A DNA stretch of 64,000 nucleotides from Spirochaetaceae bacterium (GCA_007695055.1 REEM01000143.1:3812-67811); one strand, 5' to 3'. Positions 36,834-45,747 are shown, counted from the first letter of the stretch. Program-made: numbers and translations. The notes: generated by a model from the sequence alone, not told the origin.

Positions 36834-38651
36834 GTGCAAACTAATCACAGTTTCCATATACCAGTCTTAGGAATAGGATTTTCGGTTGATACGCCCGTCA
36901 AGGTGGCAAAGTTCGGAATTACCTCGGTTATCTCGCTTGTTGACGACGAACTGGCCGAGGAGCTACGGGCTTACTACCTCAAGGAGCGTGGAGAGACTTA
37001 CGAACCCATTGACAAGTCCTACGACAATCCGCGCGCAGCGCGCTTCACGGCTTACCTTAACCTGGTTAACACCATGGTTCAGGAGAAGACCGAACAACTG
37101 CGACAAGCGGAGTTTGAACCTGGTTCCGAGATTACACGGTACTTTGAGTACCTACCGAGCGACTCACCTCTAGGTCAGCTCTACCAAGACATGATAGCCG
37201 CCAGCACCGCCGAGGAACGTGACAAGCTCCAGGCCGAGCTGCGTGATGCGGTACGGCCGGGTGAGGTTGAGACCAACATTATGGTCAAGGTCGACAACGA
37301 TCGCTACCGCGACGGGGAACAACTACCGCCGGAGTACGCAGACGCAATGTCGGCCTTGCAAGGCTTTGCGGAAAGCGAGCTTGAGTCGGGTGTGGTTTTA
37401 TCGGCTGGCTTCAACCGCCGCCTTGCAAAACATATTGAGAACTTCGCCGACTTTCATGCCGACGCAACAGGAAAATTCCGCAAGAAGATCATTCTCAAGG
37501 TGAGTGATTTCCGCTCAGCACAGACACAAGCCAAAATGTTTGCCCGGAGTGGCCTCTGGATATCGGAGTTCCGCATTGAGTCAGGCCTCAACTGCGGTGG
37601 CCATACCTTTGCCACCGACGGAATCCTGCTTGGGCCAATCCTTGAAGATTTCAAAACACGCCGTGAAGAACTTCTGGAGTCTACCTACGAGGTTTACCGC
37701 ACCGCGGTGAGCAAACGCACCGGTTCGGAACCGGAACGCCCAAGTTTCCGTGTAACGGTTCAGGGTGGAGTCGGCACCGCCCTTGAGCATAGTTTTCTCA
37801 TGGATAACTATGAGATAGACGCCGTTGGTTGGGGATCCCCGTTCCTGCTGGTGCCGGAAGCAGTAAATGTCGACGACGATACGCTCAACAAGTTAGCTCT
37901 GGCAGGGGCCGAGGATATCGTTTCAAGCGGTGCGTCTCCTCTGGGCGTCCGATTCAGCAATCTCATGAACTCAGCATCGGAGTTGTACAAGCGCCGTCTT
38001 TCTCGTGACGGCACGCCCGGTAGCGCCTGCCCTAAGGGTTATCTCAAATTCAATACCGAGTTCACCGATCGCGCAATCTGTGTAGCCTCCAACGCATACC
38101 AAAAGCGGAAAATTGCCGAGTTGGACGAGCTTGGCCTTGAGAGCTCCGAGAGAGAACGGCGCTACAATGAGATTGTGGAACGAGCATGCATCTGCCGTGA
38201 CCTATCCGGATCGGTAGAAATTCTGTACGGCACAGGCCGCTACGGCAAGGACGCGACGACTGCAGTCTGTCCGGGACCCAACCTTGCATTCTTCCCGCGT
38301 GCTGCGAAACTCCAGGAAATGATTGACCATATCTACGGTCGGCTCGACTTACTCAATGGTATTGATCGTCCTCATATCTTTATAAACGAGTTGAAGCTGT
38401 ATGTGGCACACCTTGCCGAGGAGCTTGCCGAGGCAATGCGATCTGGCAGTGAGGCTGGCACAGAGGCCTTCAGAAGCTATCGTGACAATCTTTTGACCGG
38501 CATTGGGTATTATCTGGGGCTCATGAGTACTCTTGGCGAGGAGTATCGTCGTTGGAAAGACCGAGTTCCGAGCGAGCTACTCAAGCTCAAGGAACAAATT
38601 GAAACGATCATGGCCGTGTTGCCGGAAACTGCCGAGGGAAACAAAGGATAG
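36834..38651 (+). CDS. Conserved hypothetical protein (605 aa), function unknown
   Basis: GTG start 8 nt after AAGGAG. N-terminus FHIPVLGIGFSVDTPVKVAKFGITSVISLVDD, central ESGLNCGGHTF, and Cys-containing C-terminal half. I cannot name the family from memory. Confidence 0.6.
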   Translation: MQTNHSFHIPVLGIGFSVDTPVKVAKFGITSVISLVDDELAEELRAYYLKERGETYEPIDKSYDNPRAARFTAYLNLVNTMVQEKTEQLRQAEFEPGSEITRYFEYLPSDSPLGQLYQDMIAASTAEERDKLQAELRDAVRPGEVETNIMVKVDNDRYRDGEQLPPEYADAMSALQGFAESELESGVVLSAGFNRRLAKHIENFADFHADATGKFRKKIILKVSDFRSAQTQAKMFARSGLWISEFRIESGLNCGGHTFATDGILLGPILEDFKTRREELLESTYEVYRTAVSKRTGSEPERPSFRVTVQGGVGTALEHSFLMDNYEIDAVGWGSPFLLVPEAVNVDDDTLNKLALAGAEDIVSSGASPLGVRFSNLMNSASELYKRRLSRDGTPGSACPKGYLKFNTEFTDRAICVASNAYQKRKIAELDELGLESSERERRYNEIVERACICRDLSGSVEILYGTGRYGKDATTAVCPGPNLAFFPRAAKLQEMIDHIYGRLDLLNGIDRPHIFINELKLYVAHLAEELAEAMRSGSEAGTEAFRSYRDNLLTGIGYYLGLMSTLGEEYRRWKDRVPSELLKLKEQIETIMAVLPETAEGNKG

Positions 38652-38664
38652 TGTAGGCTCGAAA

Positions 38665-38836
38665 AGAGAAAAAGCCGACGGATATCCGTCGGCTTTTTTG
38701 TTCGCGCGGCCTGTGAAGTCCAAACCGGTTGATCTAAGTTTTTACCTCAATTTTTTACCTATCTTTTTACTTGTAACTTTTTTACTTTGCTTCTTAACCT
38801 TTGTTTGAAATTGTTTTTCTTTTTTGCATCTTAACA
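38665..38836 (-). ncRNA. Candidate sigma-54-dependent small RNA (about 170 nt, AT-rich, four GTAAAAA repeats)
   Basis: It is bounded by the sigma-54 promoter (38862-38847) and the terminator (38694-38673). No convincing ORF. Minus-strand sequence: ...AAGTAAAAAAGTTACAAGTAAAAAGATAGGTAAAAAATTGAGGTAAAAACTT... The ends are predicted, not measured. Confidence 0.4.
38671..38699. terminator. Bidirectional rho-independent terminator
   Basis: AGCCGACGG-ATAT-CCGTCGGCT (38673-38694) is flanked by an A-run on the left and TTTTTT on the right. It therefore reads as hairpin plus U-tract on both strands. Confidence 0.8.
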
Positions 38837-38846
38837 ACACCTCTAT

Positions 38847-38862
38847 TGCAATCCACGTGCCA
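38847..38862 (-). promoter_or_regulatory. Sigma-54 (RpoN) -24/-12 promoter
   Basis: The minus strand reads TGGCACGTGGATTGCA, an exact match to TGGCACG-N4-TTGCW. GG is at 38861-38860 and GC at 38849-38848. Confidence 0.7.
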
Positions 38863-38938
38863 AGCTATGAAGGAATATATAATTGTATATTCTATAAGGT
38901 TTTAGAGAACGGCGGCATGAGACAAGCCCAAAGGCTGT

Positions 38939-39043
38939 GCCTATGCAGCTTGCATGGAGCTTTCACTGTTTTTGAGGTATGTATTTATGCAGTAATGATT
39001 TAGACCCTATGCAGCTTGAGGGGCCTATGCGGAACGCATAGGC
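38939..39043. promoter_or_regulatory. Candidate enhancer (UAS) sites for the adjacent sigma-54 activator
   Basis: CCTATGCagcttGCATGG (38940-38957), CCTATGC (39006-39012), and the perfect palindrome GCCTATGCG-GAA-CGCATAGGC (39023-39043). They lie about 80-180 bp upstream of the sigma-54 promoter on the minus strand. Confidence 0.4.
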
Positions 39044-39085
39044 GTTGAAAACGTACTCATGAGGTATGACAACAAGAGAGGAGCT

Positions 39086-40504
39086 TCAGCTTTTCGCTCG
39101 CCCGCTAAGCCGTCGACTCAGCGTACTTTGCGAGACTCCAAGCAGCCGGGCGGCTATTGATTGGTTTCCGTCCGCTTTTGACAGTGCCTCCTGGAAAAGA
39201 TACTCCTCTACCTCGGAGAGCTTAGGAAACTCACCACGATAACTGATTCGTGCGGGTTCACCACCCTGAGCGACCTCGGCAGCCGCCTCTGCAAAGGCGC
39301 CGTCTCTAGATCGTTCTATGTGCTCCCGAAAGGCACCGAGGGAAAGCACGCCACTCTCATGCCGCGACAGTGCGTCGTATACCATGGACTGGAGCTCACG
39401 TACATTCCCAGGAAAGGAGTAGACAGCAAGCAGCGTATAGAGCTGATCAGGTACGGTCGGTACCCGCTTATTGAGAGCGGCTGCTGTCTCGGCAAGGAAG
39501 TGATCAAACAACACCGGAACATCCTCGGGTCGACGTCGTAGCGGTGGTAGTTCAACATGGTGGGCAATGAGTCGATAGTAGAGGTCACGACGGAAGCTCC
39601 CGTCTGACTGCTTGAGATAGAGATCTGCATTTGTCGCGGCGACAATCCGAGTTTGCGCCTTCTGCGGATGGTCCGAACCCAGCTGATAGTACTCCCCTTC
39701 CTGGAGCAGGCGTAGGAGCTTGACCTGAGGCCCGAGCTCAAGGTCACCTATCTCGTCAAGAAAGAGCGTACCTCCTGTAGCTCGCTCGACAAGGCCTGGA
39801 CGGTCGCGGTCAGCGCCGGTGAAGGCTCCCCGCTTGTGGCCAAACAATGTGTCGGAGAACATGGTATCGTCGAGTCCCGAAACGTTGACGCTGACGAATT
39901 CGCCTTTCCTGCCGCTAACCTGATGCACCGCACGAGCAGCAAGCTCTTTGCCGGTGCCACTCTCGCCACTTATGAGTACAGCCTTAGGGCTGGCTGCAAC
40001 CGCTTCAATATAGGCCAGGGTCTTCCGCAGGCCTGGGCTGACGGTTATAATCTCCGAAAAGGCGGCGGGGTTCTTGAGCTCCACCTGAGCACCCGAGCCA
40101 GCAAGAATGCGCACCTCACTCTGAAGCGCCCGAATCTGCAATGCATGCCGCACCGAGTTCACCAGCCGATTCTCGTCAACCGGCTTTACCATAAAGTCAA
40201 AGGCCCCGACCTTCATGCACTCCACCGCGGTCTCAACCTTATCGACACCGGTTAGGATGATCACAGATATTTCGGGATGTTCGGCAGAAATGCGACGCAG
40301 TAGCTCCTGCCCCGAAATATGGGGCATATTTAGATCAAGCAGGATGACCGAAATGCTCTCGCGCTTGAGTATATCCATAACCTCGCGGCTATCGTTACAG
40401 CACAATGGACGTGGGAAGCCGTACTCCTCAAGCATTGCTTGGTATAACTCAGACGCGAGTTCCTCATCATCGACAACTAGAACGTGCGACTCTTGTTGCT
40501 CCAT
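39086..40504 (-). CDS. Sigma-54-dependent response regulator (NtrC family: REC + AAA+ + Fis-type HTH)
   Basis: Track ORF 39086..40588. ATG at 40504 (MEQQESHVLVVDDEE). The receiver has ILLDLNMP. Walker A GESGTGKE, GAFTGA loop (KRGAFTGADR), and C-terminal HTH IAARLLGVSQSTLSRRL. No sensor kinase is adjacent. Confidence 0.9.
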   Translation of the reverse strand: MEQQESHVLVVDDEELASELYQAMLEEYGFPRPLCCNDSREVMDILKRESISVILLDLNMPHISGQELLRRISAEHPEISVIILTGVDKVETAVECMKVGAFDFMVKPVDENRLVNSVRHALQIRALQSEVRILAGSGAQVELKNPAAFSEIITVSPGLRKTLAYIEAVAASPKAVLISGESGTGKELAARAVHQVSGRKGEFVSVNVSGLDDTMFSDTLFGHKRGAFTGADRDRPGLVERATGGTLFLDEIGDLELGPQVKLLRLLQEGEYYQLGSDHPQKAQTRIVAATNADLYLKQSDGSFRRDLYYRLIAHHVELPPLRRRPEDVPVLFDHFLAETAAALNKRVPTVPDQLYTLLAVYSFPGNVRELQSMVYDALSRHESGVLSLGAFREHIERSRDGAFAEAAAEVAQGGEPARISYRGEFPKLSEVEEYLFQEALSKADGNQSIAARLLGVSQSTLSRRLSGRAKS

Positions 40505-40587
40505 GCTCGTCTCCGTGGTAGCTTTGCTGTGAGCACAATTGCTGAACCCAGCATACCATAGTGTACCCGTGGTGGAAGGAACTAACA

Positions 40588-41958
40588 ATGCCGGACAAAC
40601 AGATTGAGCGCATACAGATTCTGAATTCTAACCCGGAAGGCCAGGGCCGCTACATTCTGTACTGGATGCAGCAATCCTTACGCTCGCGCCAAAACCATGC
40701 CTTGGAGTATGCCATAAGCTGTGCGAATCGTCGGGGGCTACCGCTTGTTGTGTGTTTTGGACTCACCACCAGCTTCCCAGGGGCAAGGCTCCGCCACTAC
40801 CACTTCTTGTTTGAGGCCCTTGTGGAACTGGAAATGGAACTTGCCTCGCGTGGCATTCGGCTTGTTGTGGTGGAAGGCTCTCCTCCCGACGTGGCGATAG
40901 AACTTGGCAAGGAGGCACAACTCGTTGTCACCGACCGCGGATATCTGCGCATTCAACGCGAATGGCGCACCAAGGTCGCAGCTGGTCTCACCTGCCCCTT
41001 GCACCAGGTTGAAGGGGACGTGGTGGTGCCGGTGGAGAGCGCAAGCACAAAGGAGGAGTATAACGCGGCAAATCTCCGCAGGAAAATAACTCCCCTGCTT
41101 GAACGTTTTCTGGCCCCGGTACCGGAACTCAAACTTGAGACCCCCTCCCGCGAGCTTAAGCTGCAGCTGGGTGCTTTTGCGCACTCGCTGCATAGGCCTG
41201 CGGAGCTTGTTGGTCGGGAGAATACCCTGGGCATTCAACCCGAACCCGGCCCGGTTACTCAGTATGCGGGCGGAACCTCAGCCGCTGAACGCCTCTTTCG
41301 CGAATTTCTGGACACAAAACTTGAACGCTACGACGAAGACCGCAGTGACCCCTCACTGAACTGTGTCTCGCGTATGAGTGCTTATCTGCACTTTGGGATG
41401 ATCTCTCCGGTCTATCTTGCCCGTGAGGCACGTGCCTCCGGACTTGCTGGCACAGGCGCCTACGTTGAGGAGTTGATAGTACGCCGCGAGCTCTCAATGA
41501 ACTACGCGTTCTACAACCCCAATTACGACCGCTACGATGGGCTTCCGACCTGGGCAAGAACCACACTTGAGGAGCATCGTGGAGACACTCGCCGCGCCAT
41601 TTACACAGAGAGTCAGCTCCGAGACGCCGAGACAGGGGATCCCTACTGGAACGCTGCACAACGGGAGCTGCTGGAGACCGGCGCCATGCATGGCTACATG
41701 CGGATGTACTGGGGAAAAAAGATTCTGGAGTGGAGGCCGGATCCGCAGGAGTCGTTTGAGATTGCGCTGCGGCTCAACGACACCTTTCAACTCGACGGCC
41801 GGGATCCTAACGGGTACACCGGTGTAGCCTGGTGTTTTGGAAAACATGACCGCCCTTGGCCGGAGCGCGATGTCTTCGGCAAGGTGCGGTACATGAATGC
41901 TGCTGGACTGGAGCGCAAGTTTAAGATCAAGGACTACGCTGCACGCTGGTCCGGCTAG
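40588..41958 (+). CDS. phr: Deoxyribodipyrimidine photolyase, class II
   Basis: Track ORF 40561..41958. ATG 40588 follows AAGGA. YILYWMQQSLRSRQNHALEYAI and the C-terminal MHGYMRMYWGKKILEW...GVAWCFGKHDRPW are class II CPD photolyase signatures. Confidence 0.88.
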   Translation: MPDKQIERIQILNSNPEGQGRYILYWMQQSLRSRQNHALEYAISCANRRGLPLVVCFGLTTSFPGARLRHYHFLFEALVELEMELASRGIRLVVVEGSPPDVAIELGKEAQLVVTDRGYLRIQREWRTKVAAGLTCPLHQVEGDVVVPVESASTKEEYNAANLRRKITPLLERFLAPVPELKLETPSRELKLQLGAFAHSLHRPAELVGRENTLGIQPEPGPVTQYAGGTSAAERLFREFLDTKLERYDEDRSDPSLNCVSRMSAYLHFGMISPVYLAREARASGLAGTGAYVEELIVRRELSMNYAFYNPNYDRYDGLPTWARTTLEEHRGDTRRAIYTESQLRDAETGDPYWNAAQRELLETGAMHGYMRMYWGKKILEWRPDPQESFEIALRLNDTFQLDGRDPNGYTGVAWCFGKHDRPWPERDVFGKVRYMNAAGLERKFKIKDYAARWSG

Positions 41959-43589
41959 AGCGCAATGCGAATATGCTCGTGATATAACTCGTCACGGCGG
42001 CGTGCGACATCTGCGTTCTTCAGGTAGTCGTCAAAGCGCATCATTCGGTCAATCACCCCGTCCGGTGTAATCTCCACAATTCGGTTGGCAATACTGTCAA
42101 CGAACTGATGGTCGTGCGAGTTAAAGAGTACCACACCCGGAAACTCAATCAGGCCGTCGTTCAGTGCGGTGATTGCTTCCAGATCAAGGTGGTTGGTTGG
42201 CTCATCAAGAATGAGCACGTTTGAACCGGTCAGCATCATTCGGGATAACAGACATCGTACCTTTTCACCCCCAGACAACACCTGGGTGCTCTTAAGTGCT
42301 TCATCGCCGCTGAACAGCATTCGCCCTAGAAATCCCCGGAGGTAGGTCGGATCCGGATCCGGGCTAAATCGCTGCAACCACTCCAGAATGCTCTCATCTT
42401 GAGGAAATTCCGGCCCAGCGTCTTTAGGGAAGTAGGACTGCGCAATGGTTACGCCCCATGAATAGGTACCTGCTTCTGGCTCAGCCCTTCCAGAAATGAT
42501 TTCAAACAAGGCACTCTTCGCCTGATTGCGCGGACCCACAAAGGCAATCTTGTCACCCGGATTAACGGTGAGCGAGAAGTTTTCCAGGACCTTCTCACCC
42601 TCAAAGCTTGCTTCCAAACCCCGCATCTCCAATACAATCTTCCCGCAGTCGCGCTCAGGCTTGAATCCGACGTAGGGGAAGCGGCGTGCGCTCTGCGGAA
42701 GCTCGTCCAAGGTGAGCTTTTCCAAAAGCTTCTTGCGAGAAGTGGCTTGCTTGGCCTTAGATGCGTTGGAACTGAAACGCTGAATGAATTCCTTGAGTTC
42801 CTTTGCCTTTTCCTCAGTCTTCTTTTTCTCATCACGACGCTGCCGAGAAATGAGCTGACTTGCGGCGTACCAGAAGTCATAGTTTCCGACATACAGACGT
42901 ATGCGATTGAAGTCTATATCCGCAATATGTGTACACACCTTGTTCAGGAAGTGACGGTCGTGCGATACAACAATGACGGTGTTAGGAAAGCGCGACAAAA
43001 AGTCCTCTAGCCAGGTGACCGACTCCAGATCAAGGTTGTTTGTCGGTTCATCTAACAGAAGAATATCTGGCGTACCAAACAAGGCTTGAGCCAACAAAAC
43101 CCGCACCTTCTGCCCACCGTCAAGCTCTTCCATGAGTTTGTCATGGAGACCTTCCTCAATTCCGAGTCCTGCCAGCATTGAGGCAGCCTCACTCTCGGCC
43201 TCCCAGCCCCCAATCTCACCAAACTCAGCCTCGAGCTCACCAGCGCGAATGCCGTCTTCCTCAGTGAACTCTGCCTTAGCGTATATCTCATCCCGTGCGA
43301 GGCCTATACGGTAAAGTTCCTCGTAACCCATGATGACAGTCTCAAGCACGGTGTGTGCATCAAAGGCAAATTGGTCCTGCTTGAGAACCGCCATGCGCTG
43401 TCCACTCCCAATTGAGATCTCGCCGGTATCGGCTTGTATTTCACCTGACAAAATTTTAAGAAAGGTTGATTTTCCGGCGCCGTTTGCACCAATGACGCCG
43501 TAGCAGTTTCCAGCGGTGAACTTAAGATTCACCTCCTTAAACAGCGGGCGCTCCCCGTAACTGAGTGATACGTTACTTACAGTAATCAT
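41955..43589 (-). CDS. ABC-F family ATPase (YbiT/EttA-like, two ABC cassettes, no TM domain)
   Basis: 544 aa. It has two Walker A motifs (GANGAGKST, VGPRNQAKS variant), two signatures (LDGGQKVR, LSGGEKVR), and a charged inter-domain linker. Confidence 0.88.
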   Translation of the reverse strand: MITVSNVSLSYGERPLFKEVNLKFTAGNCYGVIGANGAGKSTFLKILSGEIQADTGEISIGSGQRMAVLKQDQFAFDAHTVLETVIMGYEELYRIGLARDEIYAKAEFTEEDGIRAGELEAEFGEIGGWEAESEAASMLAGLGIEEGLHDKLMEELDGGQKVRVLLAQALFGTPDILLLDEPTNNLDLESVTWLEDFLSRFPNTVIVVSHDRHFLNKVCTHIADIDFNRIRLYVGNYDFWYAASQLISRQRRDEKKKTEEKAKELKEFIQRFSSNASKAKQATSRKKLLEKLTLDELPQSARRFPYVGFKPERDCGKIVLEMRGLEASFEGEKVLENFSLTVNPGDKIAFVGPRNQAKSALFEIISGRAEPEAGTYSWGVTIAQSYFPKDAGPEFPQDESILEWLQRFSPDPDPTYLRGFLGRMLFSGDEALKSTQVLSGGEKVRCLLSRMMLTGSNVLILDEPTNHLDLEAITALNDGLIEFPGVVLFNSHDHQFVDSIANRIVEITPDGVIDRMMRFDDYLKNADVARRRDELYHEHIRIAL

Positions 43590-43777
43590 GTATGTATTTG
43601 TCTCCTTGTGGAATTATCATGTCGCGAGTGTCCGGGTAAGTTCGTGCGGTTGTGTCGCGGTTGACCGGAAATGCGGAGTCGGTACCTGCCTGTCTACAGC
43701 ATAAGATTGTACATACCAACTGATATTGAGGATAGTATAGCAAAATGCCTAAGGAGTTTCTACCACCCCAGAAATAT

Positions 43778-43807
43778 CGAGGGTGCCAGCTGCAACCAGC
43801 ACCCTCG
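43778..43807 (-). terminator. Hairpin downstream of trpB2 (possible terminator)
   Basis: CGAGGGTGC-N12-GCACCCTCG, a 9-bp stem. Only a weak U-tract (ATATTTCT) follows on the minus strand. Confidence 0.35.
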
Positions 43808-43840
43808 TTCCGAATAGCGGTAAGGAATGGTCGTGAACGC

Positions 43841-45226
43841 TTACTTCGTCACGACGCTCGGTTTTGGATAGTTCGATATCGTCTTGATTGAGCGCGCAAT
43901 TTCTTCCTCAGGCAGGGCGTAGTCGGTCAGCTCGCCGTTGAAGTATTTCTCGTAGCCAACAAGATCCATGAGGCCATGCCCGCTTAGGTTGAAGACAATT
44001 GATATCTCCTTGCCTTCCTCACGCGCTTTGTTGGCTTCCTGTATTGCTGCCGCAACAGCGTGACTTGTTTCTGGCGCCACAATAATCCCCTCGGTACGAG
44101 CAAAAGTTACCGCGGCTTCGTAACACTCGGTCTGGTGAATTGCGCGTGGTGCCACCAGGTCGTCCAGAATGGCTTGGCTGATTAACGGGGCTACACCATG
44201 ATAGCGCAAGCCGCCAGCATGAATGGGTGGTGGAATGAAGTCATGTCCCAGGGAGTGCATAGCCATAAGTGGCGTCATACGGGCCGTATCACCGTGATCG
44301 TAGCCATAGGGCGCACGGGTCATGGTAGGGCAGCTCGTAGGCTCCACACCAATGATTTCGATATCACTCCCGTTAATCTTGTCGTACACGAATGGAAAGG
44401 CAAGGCCTGCAAAGTTGCTCCCGCCACCGACACAACCAATGACGACATCGGGCTTGCCCTCACCAAAGAGCGCGAGCTGCTTTTTCGTTTCAAGGCCAAT
44501 GATGGTCTGGTGCAACATGACGTGATTCAGCACGCTTCCCAGGGAGTAGCGCGTTCCGCCGCTGGGGTCACTCACCGCCGCCTCCACGGCCTCACTAATA
44601 GCAATGCCAAGGCTCCCGCTGGTGTCAGGATGTGCAGCAAGTATCTGTCGCCCGGCCTCGGTCTCGTTACTGGGGCTTGGGATGCAGGTGGCGCCCCAGG
44701 CTTGCATCATGAGCTTCCGAAAGGGCTTTTGATCAAAGCTAATGCGTACCATGAAAACCTTGCACTCCATTCCAAGGAGCGATGTAGCGTATGCAAGCGC
44801 ACTTCCCCACTGCCCGGCACCGGTCTCGGTAGTCAGGCGGTTAATTCCAAACTGCTTGTTGTACCAGGCCTGGGCCACGGCAGTGTTGGGTTTGTGGCTA
44901 CCAGCTGGTGATACGCTCTCATTTTTATAGTAGATGCGCGCGGGGGTACCGAGTCGCTCCTCAAGTGCGTAAGCACGGTGCAAAGGCGTTGAGCGCCATC
45001 GTGAGAGGATCTGCAGGATCTCGTCCGGTATATCGATCCAGCGTTCGGTACTGACCTCCTGCTCAATCAGGTTCATAGGAAAAACCGGCGCAAGTGCATC
45101 CGGGCCTATGGGTTTTCCGTCCGGTCCTAATGGTGGTTGTAAACCTCCGGGAATGTCAGCAGCAAGATTATACCACTGCCGTGGCATGTCCTCGTCTTTA
45201 AGATATACCTTCGATGTTTTCGCCAT
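43841..45226 (-). CDS. TrpB-like PLP enzyme, TrpB2 type (tryptophan synthase beta-chain paralogue)
   Basis: 461 aa. It has the N-terminal extension [19 protein letters not shown] and the PLP-lysine context [11 protein letters not shown], plus [11 protein letters not shown]. No trpA or other trp genes are nearby. Confidence 0.85.
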   Translation of the reverse strand: MAKTSKVYLKDEDMPRQWYNLAADIPGGLQPPLGPDGKPIGPDALAPVFPMNLIEQEVSTERWIDIPDEILQILSRWRSTPLHRAYALEERLGTPARIYYKNESVSPAGSHKPNTAVAQAWYNKQFGINRLTTETGAGQWGSALAYATSLLGMECKVFMVRISFDQKPFRKLMMQAWGATCIPSPSNETEAGRQILAAHPDTSGSLGIAISEAVEAAVSDPSGGTRYSLGSVLNHVMLHQTIIGLETKKQLALFGEGKPDVVIGCVGGGSNFAGLAFPFVYDKINGSDIEIIGVEPTSCPTMTRAPYGYDHGDTARMTPLMAMHSLGHDFIPPPIHAGGLRYHGVAPLISQAILDDLVAPRAIHQTECYEAAVTFARTEGIIVAPETSHAVAAAIQEANKAREEGKEISIVFNLSGHGLMDLVGYEKYFNGELTDYALPEEEIARSIKTISNYPKPSVVTK

Positions 45227-45319
45227 GTGTTCTTCTCCTCTCTCTCTGCAACCTTGTGTGTTTGAAAAATCGTGCGTATCGAAACCTCAATGTGAGGGCG
45301 ATATCCGAGCTCGAATGGT

Positions 45320-45613
45320 TCATGTGCCGTGGCGCCAGTTTTCAACGACGCGCAGTACAGCTGAATGAGGTTTTTTCAGCTCCCGGGAACCACGGGTGAT
45401 CTTGCACAGACTCATTCCAAGCGCCTCTGCAATTGAGCGCTGTGTTTGGCCAGCATGCAAACGCTTCAGAAGTTCCCAACGGCCCGCAAGCTCACTCCTC
45501 TCCCGTTCCGTGAGAAGATCGCTCAGAAAAGCTTTCATGAGTTCAGCGTCCGTTATGCGCGTCAGCACCTCGGATAGCTCCTGCAAACCTCTTGTTATTT
45601 CCTGTTGTTGCAT
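45320..45613 (-). CDS. TrpR-family (YerC/YecD-like) DNA-binding protein
   Basis: Track ORF 45320..45628. ATG at 45613. FLSDLLTERERSELAGRWELLKRLHAGQTQRSIAEALGMSLCKITRGSRELK is the TrpR-like HTH pattern. Confidence 0.75.
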   Translation of the reverse strand: MQQQEITRGLQELSEVLTRITDAELMKAFLSDLLTERERSELAGRWELLKRLHAGQTQRSIAEALGMSLCKITRGSRELKKPHSAVLRVVENWRHGT

Positions 45614-45634
45614 GTGGACTCCAGACACGTAGGG

Positions 45635-45656
45635 GTGTTTCTACGCGTAGAAACAC
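45635..45656. promoter_or_regulatory. Perfect 22-bp palindrome, candidate operator upstream of the TrpR-like gene
   Basis: GTGTTTCTACG|CGTAGAAACAC, 22 nt upstream of ATG 45613. No U-tract follows, so a terminator role is less likely. Confidence 0.45.
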
Positions 45657-45747
45657 TCAAGCTCGACTATAGCCCCGGTTCATAACGCCGTCAAGCAATT
45701 GTTAAAAAATGGGGGGCTGGAGTTGTGACAGGGGTGTGGGTGTGACT

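Noticed and set aside
38740-38840. Micro-ORFs inside the candidate sRNA: an 11-aa ATG ORF (MQKRKTISNKG, from 38829) and a 32-codon Lys-rich frame from GTG 38840 or TTG 38837 (LLRCKKEKQFQTKVKKQSKKVTSKKIGKKLR)
   Set aside because: The Lys codons follow trivially from the A-rich repeats. The only SD-like AGAGG lies at or upstream of the predicted transcription start. The longer frame needs a non-ATG start at the very 5' end. These are not excluded, but a non-coding interpretation is favoured.
39023-39043. GCCTATGCG-GAA-CGCATAGGC hairpin read as the rho-independent terminator of the activator gene
   Set aside because: On the minus strand no U-tract follows it (the next bases are CCCTCAAGC). The same heptamer recurs as non-hairpin copies nearby. 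A protein-binding palindrome is therefore the preferred reading, although a dual role remains possible.
45635-45656. The 22-bp palindrome read as the terminator of the upstream marC-family gene
   Set aside because: It is a loop-less perfect palindrome with no downstream U-tract on the minus strand, and it lies only 22 nt from the TrpR-like start codon. An operator interpretation is preferred.
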